64,000 nucleotides of DNA, taken from Tubulanus polymorphus. Lineage: Eukaryota; Animalia; Nemertea. Below, in pieces: positions 26,201 through 35,025 of this stretch (positions within the stretch are counted from its first letter, which is position 1; every line of letters starts with the position of its first letter). The notes beneath the pieces are model-generated. The model did no database searches, was not told the DNA's origin, and was given only the letters and a program-made list of their open reading frames with translations. The DNA lies in assembly GCF_964204645.1 (NCBI RefSeq), contig NC_134026.1:10191950-10255949 (forward strand), written 5' to 3'. The position numbers were made by a program, and so were the translations under genes.

Positions 26201-29200
26201 GCGGGCGATAAAACAAAAATATTGAATTGTCGCGGGCGATAAAACCAAAATATTGAATCGTCGCGGGCGACATAATCCAAAAATGAATTGTCGCGGGCGA
26301 CAAAACCAAAATAATGAATGGTCTCGGGCGACAAAACCGAAATAATGAATTGTCGCGGGCGATAAAACCAAAATAATGAATGGTCTCAGGCGACAAAACC
26401 AAAATAATGAATTGTCGCGGGCATTAAAAACAAAATATTGAATTGTTGCGGGCGATAAAACCAAAATAATGAATTGTCGCGGGCGACAAAACCAAAATAT
26501 TGAATTGTCGCGGGTGACAAAACCAAAAAAAATTGGCGCGGGCGATAAAAACAAAATATAAAACCAAAATAATGGATTGTCGTGGGCGATAAAACCAAAA
26601 TATTGAATTGTCGCGGGCGATAAAACCAAAATAATGAATTGTCGCGAGAGATAAAACCAAAATAATGAATTATCGCGGGCGATAAAACCAAAATATTGAA
26701 TTGTCGCGGGCAATTAAACCAAAATTATGAATTGTCTCGGGCGACAAAACCAAAATAATGAATTGTCGCGGGCGATAAAACCAAACTAATGAATTGTCGC
26801 GGGCGATAAAACCAAAATAATGAATCGTCTCGGGCGACAAAAACAAGATATTGAATCGTCGCGGGCGACAAAATCAAAATAATGAATTGTCGCGGGCGAC
26901 AAAACGAAAATAATGAATTGACGCGGGCGATAAAACCAAAATAATGAATTGTCGCGGGCGATAAAACCAAAATAATGAATTGTCTCGGGCGACAAAAACA
27001 AGATATTGAATCGTCGCGGGCGACAAAATCAAAATAATGAATTGACGCGGGCGATAAAACCAAAATAATGAATGGTCTCGGGCGACAAAACCAAAATAAT
27101 GAATTGTCGCGGGCGATTAAAAGAAAATATTGAATTGTCGCGGGCGATAAAACCAAAATAATGAATTGTTGCTGGCGACAAAACCAAAATGGTGAATTGT
27201 CGCGGGCGACAAAACCAAAATATTGATTTGTCGCGGGCGATAAAACCAAAATGGTGAATTGTCGCGGGCGACAAAACCAAAATTTTGATTTGTCGCGGGC
27301 GATAAAACCAAAATAATGAATTGTTGCTGGCGACAAAACCAAAATGGTGAATTGTCGCGGGCGACAAAACCAAAATAATGAATTGTCGCGGGCGATAAAA
27401 CCGCAATAATGAATTGTCGCGGGCGATAAAACCAAAATAATGAATTGTCTCAGGCGACAAAATCAAATTAATGAATAATCGCGGGCGATAAAACAAAAAT
27501 ATTGAATTGTCGCAGGCGATAAAACCAAAAAAGAAAATTGTCGCGGGCGACAAAAACAAAATATAAAACCAAAATAATGGATTGTCGCGGGCGACAAAAC
27601 CAAAATAATGAATTGTCGGTGGCGACAAAACCAAACTAATGAATTGTCGCGGGCGACAAAACCAAACTAATGAATTGTCGCGGGCGATAAAACCAAACTA
27701 ATGAATTGTCGCGGGCGATAAAACCAAAATAATGAATCGTCTCGGGCGACAAAAACAAGATATTGAATCGTCGCGGGCGACAAAATCAAAATAATGAATT
27801 GTCGCGGGCGACAAAACCAAAATAATGAATTGACGCGGGCGATAAAACCAAAATAATGAATGGTCTCGGGCGACAAAACCAAAATAATGAATTGTCGCGG
27901 GCGATAAAAACGAAATATTGAATTGTCGCGGGCGATAAAACCAAAATAATGAATTATCGCGGGCGATAAAACCAAAATATTGAATTGTCGCGGGCGATAA
28001 AACCAAAATAATGAATTGTCGCGGGCGACAAAACCAAAATATTGAATTGTCGCGGAATGATGCAATCGTGAGTTGAAATAATACCTGAACAAATCGATGC
28101 ACAGACATTTACTTTGTATATCTACTTGAACAATCGAGCCTACTCAGTAATATACTCAGTTTTTACGAAACCTGGTGTTTTTGTTTCAGAGAAATTTTAA
28201 TATCAGTATCCGATGCTATATACTAACGTTTACGTTAGTTATCATCGCTCCGTCATGCTAAGTTATACATTTCATGTCAACCAGTATCTACAGGCAGCTG
28301 TACAGTGTGTACACACTATATCTGAATACGAGGCTGGAATAACAGGCTCACTTCACGTAGGTTCATGATGACGAGAAACTCGCAGCTGATCCCCGGAACG
28401 ACGATGTAGTAACACACGTCGATTCGTCGATGTTTACGGCTCGACAGTGCTTTTAAAATCTAAAGTAGTAAATTTCCAGTGTATCGGTAATATGATTTGA
28501 TGAGGAAAATGGGCTATTGTTAAAATCATTGTTTGAAGACCGCGACTGAATGTGAAGTCTGCGGCAATAAATTAGTTCATTTATACTTGAATTGATAATC
28601 GAAGTGACAGTCGGCCTGCGGGTTGATTTCGGGATGACGACTCGAAAAACATGTCGCCCCATTGAATGGGGCTAAATTTTCGATGTTTACGGCCCGACAG
28701 CGCTTTTGTAACGATGATTCGTGAAAAAACACGCGGGCTATTTGTAGATCTCAGTGAGCTGAACGATATTATATGGATTGTATATGAAACAGCGGTAAGG
28801 TAACAAAGCCTATGTTCTTTTGGTAAAAATAGTGTGGAAGAAAATAACAATAATAATAATCACGCGGATATCAATAGGGTTTTCTGTGAAATAACAGAAA
28901 ACCCTAAATATTAAAAACTTACCCCTGATACCATATAATTTGATTTTATGCAACAGCAATCTATGAGGTACAGTATCAAATGCGGCTGTGATGTCTAAGA
29001 AGGCTGCTCTTACATCTTTATTTAAATTAAGATTATCATGGATGAGAGAGGTAATAGCTAGTAATTGATCATTGGTACTGTGACCAGGGAGAAAACCAGA
29101 TTGTTTTACATATATAAGATTGTTTTGTATGAGGTGATTGTAGATAGCATTATAAAGTACACGTTCATATAATTTAAATATTTTATTCAGAAGAGTAATG

Positions 29201-32200
29201 GGACGATAATTATTGGGGTTGCGTTGTTGTCTTTTTATAGATTGCTTTTACATAACCAAGTTTCCAAGTATTGGGGAAAATTTCGGAATCAATCAATTTG
29301 TTGAATAGGGATGATAAGAGTGGTGAGATATGATCAATGGACATTTTTAACATTTTGTTAGAAATACCATCAGGCCTGCAGGCTTTATTTAGAGGCAAAT
29401 TTAAAATTGATTTTCTTATTTCCTCTGGAGTAGTATGGTGAAGAAGTACACTATGTTATACCCTGTTTGGGAAGTCAGGGAGGATGGGAACATTATTACT
29501 ATGGTATTTACCAGTAAAGGTTTTAAGGAATAAGTTCGCTTTATCAGTATTTGATATACATTCTGTGCCGTCTTGTTCATTAGTGAGTACTGATATACCA
29601 GAAGTAAATTTATTACCTAAGATCTTTTTAACAAGGCGCATACCACATTTTTCTGTCTGGAAGATGCACTTAAGATCTTCCACACGCGTAGTTTTTAGTA
29701 TTGTATCAATGTCATGAGCTCATGATTTGAAATTTTGAAAATTCTTGCAACCATTGGTAATTCTAAATGAAAATTAAAAATTTTCAATTTTTCAGGCGAC
29801 AAGTGCTTTGGATGCTGAAAGTGAACATCTTGTACAAGAAGCTATTGATCGCGCGATGAAGGGAAGAACCGTTCTTGTTATAGCTCACAGACTATCAACT
29901 GTTCGTAATGCAAATAAGGTAATTGAAATATCTACAGTATTCATTGGTTTTATAAGGATGGCGATTGTCAGCATCAGTAGCATTCAACTGCAATTGACTC
30001 CTCAAGTGGCCAAACCTTTGGTCCATTCTCATTTTGTCGAGCTTTTGTCAGCTTAGCTATTATAACGGGTGTTTGGCTGGACTGCAACATCTACCATCAA
30101 TAGGCTCCAGTTAGTGCAAAATTGTGCAGCCAGGATAATGCTGCCATGATTTGACATAGAAAGGTGCTCTATCATGCAAGGCTTTGTAAACATACAATAA
30201 AATTTTATACTCGATTCTGAAAATGAACTGGTAGCCAGTGAAGTTTAGCAGGAGATTCATCTTACTTTCCATTGAAATAATTTTGGCAGCAGAGTTTTGA
30301 ACTCTCTGTAACATACAAAGCACATTACAATGGACATTGTATAAAATGAGTTAGCATAATCTAGTCTAGATATAACAGTTGCCTGGACTAGGGCTCGACA
30401 AACATTCTCAGTTCTCAGTTGAAAATCTTCTTATTCTACTGATATTTTTTAGATGAAAATGACAAGGTTTGGAAATGTTTTTAACATGCTCTTCCATTGT
30501 AAGGTTCCTTTCAAAGATTATGAATGTGATCAGAAACCTTGATGTTACACACACCTACTTTCAATGACACATCTTAGCAGTCTATCAGGCGCGGATCTAG
30601 GGAGGGGGCCCCGGGGCGAAGCGTAGGAACGTCTCGCGCCTACGCCGCTCGGTTTCAATACAGTATTATCATAGCTACATTTATTAGGTGCCCCCCCCCC
30701 CTAAATCGGGTTCTAGATCCGCCCCTGGTCTATGTAGTTTCCACAGCAAGCATTGGTTTTGATTTAATCACATATATAAAATGATATTCTCAGGTCTCAA
30801 AGGGCACTGTTAATTTTTCAGCTACTATGCAATGCTACATTCTTGCATCAAATCCCTTTTTAGGGAAGATGCTATGAATTTTCAAGGATAATGATAATGC
30901 TAAACAAAACTGATTCCTTGTTTCTCTGCAGTGGCTGGGTCATTTTTGTAAAATATGATAAAATTTGTATTCAGTTCATTTCTATAGCTGCCGGGTCTGT
31001 TATGGTAAAATTGATCACAATTTTGTAAAAAATTATGTACATGGAAGATAAGCGGCTGGCCGGTTCAAGTTTTAAACTCGAAGCGGCGAAACAAGGTATC
31101 AATTTTTTTGCCTAACCTGTAGTATTTCAGTGTTTTTGAAGGATAAAATCGTCATGAAGTTGAAAATAGTGTCCCAAGAATATTTTTGTCTATTCATTCC
31201 AGCATCATTCTAGCAGATTCTCATATATCCTGGAATGTTGTCGTATTCTAGAATTATGATTATGTATAGGATAATAATAGTAGTGATGATATTTTTGGTT
31301 GGAGAGTTTTTCTGTGGTGAATCCACGATTTATTGCACTCTCAAAGACATTTCAGATTTTGCACAGCATCACCATTCTAGCCAAGAGAACAATATTTTTT
31401 GAAGACGAACAGAAGCTTTTCACATCTACGGGTATATCGACTGCATTTTCTTAAGTCTTTTCTTTATGAAACATGAATGAAGATTTCTAATTTCGTCCAA
31501 TATATCTTGGTATGATTATGAAATGCCATGCAAAATTTCTAGAATTAATGCTGTGAGCGTTGTTTGTGTTCATAATATGTGATGTTCTATACAGAAAATG
31601 AAGGAGACCAAATTTGGTTAACTCAATGAAATGTATGACAGTAATCAATCTATGGAACTGCAGGCATGTTTGAGTCAAAGGTTCTGGAAGAAAGGAGAGC
31701 TCAGAATACAGTTTCAAGCCATTGGTGGTACAGTTGTTTGTGCGACTGGTTTAGTGTGTAACTGTTTGAGTTTTGTTATTTTGAGACGCATGTACTCGAG
31801 TGTAGTCACTACATACTACTTGCTCAGCATTCTAGCTGTCGTCGATTCCTTTTATCTCGTTCTCAGCTTTTGTTACTTCAGTGTCACAGACTTCAAGGCT
31901 ATTCGACAATTCGGTGTCATAAATTATCACTACCTGACCGTGAATTTTCTCGCGCCTTACAATAGATTTTATGTCTCCGTATTCTATTTAAGTGTAAAGA
32001 TGTATCGAAACTGGCTGATAGCTATGATTAGTATCGAGCGCTGGTTGCAACTGACATTCCCATTAAAATCTCGAGTTTTCATTACTCAAAGAAGATGTAC
32101 AATCAGTGTTGTGGGTCTGTTAATTTTTTGTTTTATGACACATGCGTATCGCTGGCCCTTTAAGTTTGTTTATTATGTTTATGTTGATTGTCCAGTTTTT

Positions 32201-35025
32201 AAACGCATGATGTTACGGGATGCTGTTTATGCAGCAGGAAAGTTGCCCGGTCGTTTAACAAACATCATATTCATTGTAGCAATTCCGTCTGTATTTCTCT
32301 GGATTACTAATATTGCATTGATCCGAATTGTAGTGAGAGCAGCCTCACAACGTAAGAAGATTTCCAAGTCATCCTTAGTCAGTACTGGTGACTTGCAGGC
32401 CACAATGTTAGCGCTGTCCTCAGTTATCGTCTATCTAATTTGTGAAAGTCCGACGATAGTAGACCGACTTCTACTTTTGTTAGGCATCCACATATATTTG
32501 AGTCCGTTAAAACCCTTTTTATCGCAAGTTGACTCGTGCATAAATTTCATTCTGTACTGTGTGTCTAGTGTTAAGTTTCGACATATTGTCCGCAATACAT
32601 TTTGCAACTCAAAACATAAGAGTAACCTTTGAACATCTCCGTGATAACTGCTACGAATTGAGCGCTGAAATTTCTCATGAATAACCAGTGGGTGGATTTT
32701 TGATTAATGTCTTCATTTTCGTGGGCTGGGTATGGGAAATTTTGTATTGTTTGGATCAATGAATGAGTCACTAGCACTAGTGGCACTGTGTTTAGCGTAC
32801 TATCGGAAATGTCTAAAACTAAGAAGACAATTAATTATATTTTTCATAATTTTATGGATAATCTATTAAAATATAAATCTATTCCAACGTATTTGAGATT
32901 TTGATAATCATTTTTTGTAAGCCAGAGGTTATATTGATGAAAAAACTTAACTTTCGATGAGCGGACGATTGCTGCGCTGTACTAATTTGCATAATTGATC
33001 ACCGAACAGATAAACCAGATTTCTTAAGCATGTAAACATATAATGTGTAGCAGTGTCAGTGCCTATAACGCTGCAGACCCTGCGGTCTTCATGACAGTGG
33101 CTGCTTTCCGGGTATACATCTGGTGACTGGCGCTGGCTGGTTGGGCCAGTAGGATGGTGCCACGAGGTGGATATGCTAGAAACGCTTGCCTATGTGGCTC
33201 TCACTGGGCATTACCCCAACACCATTTTTCAAGGGAAAGTTTTTCATGCGCAATCCTAGTGAACATCGACACTGCGATTGGAGACAAGAAGTTACGAGGC
33301 TGTTTTCCAGGTGCATAAGAGGAACTGGTTGGATACAATCAGTAGCTCAAATTTTTCGTAGGAGCGAGCTTACGACTGGTTAACGTTCTTCTATCTCCAG
33401 TTCCAGCCAGCTGCCCATGTGCCCAGCTACCTTTGAGCAACTAGTTGTACTTAGTTCCTGTCATATCCATCAATGTGAGCGATCCAAAATCAACAACACA
33501 TGGTTGCAATTTGTCATGTGACTTGAGATACCCTAAATATTATTCGCTAAAAACACATCTCAGTTGCTGATGATGTACGCACTATGGACCTAGCGACTGG
33601 CATGAGCCACGCAGTTGCTGGCTTTCATTAGATTTTCGATGTGCGCGGGGTACTCACTCACTAGCAACTAAAAGTTTTAGTTGTCTCCAGTCGCTTTGTC
33701 GATGTACACTAAGTAGGACTGCGGATAAAAATGTGACAATTGTAAATAAAAATGTGGAAATTGTGACCAATTTTATACGAAAAATGACAAACTAAGATTT
33801 TTATAAATCACAAAATTGAAAAACCGACAAAGTTACTCGATTGCAAGTCAAGACGGGCACAAACATTTAATGAAAATACGAAGGACTGAAAAAAGATTTT
33901 TTTTCTTTTGGTTTGATGAATTTTGCAGAATTCAGGAGGGGGCTGAATCCATGCTCCAAGTCATTTTAAAATGCCTTGGCTTTGCAAAGTACTTTACCTG
34001 ACACTTAGACTTCACAAGGCCCGTGGGCCTCTAGTCTGTGATTGGGCCTTATTTATTGTGATGTTTTCTTGATAAAAATAGCTAGGAATATTAATCTAAA
34101 TTCCGATCACTATGAGAATGCGACAGTATAGCACATGCAATGAGCCCATCACCCGGTGCCACCAGCCGGTCAACCTCCTGTGCCAAATGGTGAAAGTTTC
34201 CCTATCTTTCAGAAAAAATCAGAACTTGTCTGGTATTTGTACATCAAGTAACAATGATGTACAATGACCAGTGCTATACTAAACTTTATGCTCACATAAT
34301 CACAATGAATGTCAATTTTATGATGACCCAGCTCAAGTTTGGTCAAACATATTTGTGAATTGCAACTGGATCTGGAAATGTTTCACTTCGCTTTGTTTGA
34401 GCATCGTTTAGAACCGAGTGAGTAGTCTCTAATTTGGCATAGACCAAATTTGATCCGGTCAAATAGTCTCCGTTTGATCGTGGCCTATGCTCTAAGTGTT
34501 TTACCTCTGGTGACCTTGGCCTTTGATTTTTACCCCCTACCTCCCAAAGGTGAAACCTCTTCCCACCAGCACCGTACTACCATCTACTCACAAGGTTTAA
34601 CACGTGTATCTAGAAACTCAAGATTGTATAATTATATTTATGAATCTGCTCCTTCAGGGAATCCCAGAATGTACTTCCAGAATGTATTTGTTGCACGAAT
34701 TGAATTTCACATCAATGTTCACTATTTTGTAAATGAAATTACTAGAGATAAACCAGATTGTATCTTTTCGTTTAATTTTCATTATACATACGGTATTTGA
34801 TAAATAATTTTCAAATTGAATTAATGAGAACAAATCTGATATTTTCAGGTGATAGTAATTGAAAAAGGCAGCATCGTCGAACAAGGGACACACGAAGAAT
34901 TGATTGCAAAGAAAGGCGTTTACAAGAAACTAGTCTTGCGTCAACTGAATGCTGGCAATATTCCAGCTGATGTAGATGGAAATATAAATGACAGAAAGGT
35001 TGACATTCATAAAAATGGAGAATGA
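11031..35025 (+). CDS. ABC transporter subfamily B half-transporter with ABCB9/TAPL-like TMD0 (14 coding exons, 811 aa)
   Basis: Exons 11031-11211, 14280-14785, 15345-15456, 15857-16031, 16701-16761, 16869-17004, 18385-18573, 20208-20318, 20891-20964, 21190-21348, 21562-21822, 21919-22089, 29796-29918, 34849-35025. All introns are GT-AG and phase-compatible; total 2436 nt with no internal stop. Motifs: [17 protein letters not shown], Walker [10 protein letters not shown]-loop VSQEP, LSGGQ, LLLDEATSALD, IAHRLS. Confidence 0.93.
12134..12720 (-). mobile_element. HINE/Helentron-like dispersed repeat, copy 1 (family also at 57865 and 60143)
   Basis: Reverse complement of 58130-58757, including the terminal hairpin region tttttaggcaagccataggctgagcct. 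Confidence 0.75.
13206..14090 (-). mobile_element. LINE 3' fragment, related to 22785-24164
   Basis: [38 protein letters not shown]...[14 protein letters not shown]. Parallels [22 protein letters not shown] in the intron-12 LINE. Confidence 0.8.
14280..14785 (+). CDS. ABCB exon 2 (TMD0 and elbow)
   Basis: tttcttcag|[23 protein letters not shown]...[12 protein letters not shown]|gtaat. Confidence 0.88.
15345..17004 (+). CDS. ABCB exons 3-6 (15345-15456, 15857-16031, 16701-16761, 16869-17004)
   Basis: ELPLLLTG...PLFFGKVVD; [25 protein letters not shown]; [21 protein letters not shown]; VNVSMLLR...VNY. Canonical splice sites. Confidence 0.92.
18385..22089 (+). CDS. ABCB exons 7-12 (18385-18573, 20208-20318, 20891-20964, 21190-21348, 21562-21822, 21919-22089)
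   Basis: [14 protein letters not shown]; VLWYGGKLV; SFLLYT..GDFMQ; [17 protein letters not shown]; Walker A; [20 protein letters not shown]. Confidence 0.94.
18727..19395 (-). mobile_element. Non-autonomous Helitron-like element, copy 2 (ABCB intron 7)
   Basis: Near-identical to 7981-8687; even spurious ORFs are shared (MQFKSSFIT..., [11 protein letters not shown]). Confidence 0.6.
22785..24164 (-). mobile_element. CR1/L2-group LINE ORF2, 3' half (split by an insertion)
   Basis: [60 protein letters not shown], then the C-terminal Cys-His motif. Confidence 0.88.
24545..28054. repeat. 31-bp tandem satellite (AAAACCAAAATAATGAATTGTCGCGGGCGAY), about 70 units in two blocks (24545-24811 and 26066-28054)
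   Basis: Direct reading of the array. It generates the repetitive [20 protein letters not shown] minus-strand ORFs. Confidence 0.97.
24811..26066 (+). mobile_element. HINE/DINE-like element with about 154-bp internal tandem repeats, inserted in the satellite
   Basis: Starts aactaggggtcc. Units aacgccccctggtgacc.. recur at 24887, 25041, 25195 and 25344. Ends with (GGAC)3, the hairpin tgggactaaagtccca and an A-run. Confidence 0.7.
28907..29715 (-). mobile_element. CR1/L2-group LINE ORF2, 5' part of the split copy
   Basis: [68 protein letters not shown]; continues into the frame at 24164. Confidence 0.88.
29796..29918 (+). CDS. ABCB exon 13
   Basis: ttttcag|[41 protein letters not shown]|gtaatt. 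Confidence 0.95.
30111..30530 (-). mobile_element. L2-type LINE fragment
   Basis: [43 protein letters not shown]. Confidence 0.7.
30586..30727. mobile_element. 142-bp MITE
   Basis: TIR caggcgcggatctag / ctagatccgcccctg; exact 6-bp direct repeat GTCTAT at 30580-30585 and 30728-30733. Confidence 0.8.
31631..32632 (+). CDS. Intronless class A (rhodopsin-like) GPCR, FMRFamide/peptide-receptor-like
   Basis: 333-aa ORF with 7 hydrophobic segments: GLVCN (TM1), LAVVD (TM2), ISIERW (DRY variant), FPLKSR, IP..L.ITN (TM5), ICESP (TM6), [10 protein letters not shown] (TM7), KFR helix 8. N-terminal NQS sequon. Confidence 0.88.
   Translation: MYDSNQSMELQACLSQRFWKKGELRIQFQAIGGTVVCATGLVCNCLSFVILRRMYSSVVTTYYLLSILAVVDSFYLVLSFCYFSVTDFKAIRQFGVINYHYLTVNFLAPYNRFYVSVFYLSVKMYRNWLIAMISIERWLQLTFPLKSRVFITQRRCTISVVGLLIFCFMTHAYRWPFKFVYYVYVDCPVFKRMMLRDAVYAAGKLPGRLTNIIFIVAIPSVFLWITNIALIRIVVRAASQRKKISKSSLVSTGDLQATMLALSSVIVYLICESPTIVDRLLLLLGIHIYLSPLKPFLSQVDSCINFILYCVSSVKFRHIVRNTFCNSKHKSNL
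33255..33713. mobile_element. MITE with 33-bp imperfect TIRs
   Basis: cctagtgaacatcgacactgcgattggagacaa / ttgtctccagtcgctttgtcgatgtacactaag. Confidence 0.7.
34849..35025 (+). CDS. ABCB exon 14 (terminal)
   Basis: attttcag|[33 protein letters not shown]...NGE*. Confidence 0.93.
   Translation: MIVIEKGSIVEQGTHEELIAKKGVYKKLVLRQLNAGNIPADVDGNINDRKVDIHKNGE

Larger units (their letters stand above)
24165..28906. mobile_element. Helentron/HINE-like element of about 4.7 kb carrying a satellite array
   Basis: Precisely interrupts the LINE reading frame. Left end aatatagctgcaaagcagcgataacgggttttctg. Right end (aat)n followed by the 13-bp hairpin tagggttttctgt-gaaata-acagaaaacccta (28875-28906). gggttttctg occurs near both ends; no TSD, A/T-run target. 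Confidence 0.7.

Noticed and set aside
24545-28054. 31-bp repeats with an internal hairpin resembling a CRISPR array
   Set aside because: Units are head-to-tail with no unique spacers, there are no cas genes, and the context is a eukaryotic intron. It is a satellite.
26126-28108. Long hydrophobic minus-strand ORFs (up to 236 aa)
   Set aside because: They are translations of the 31-bp satellite cycling through all three frames.
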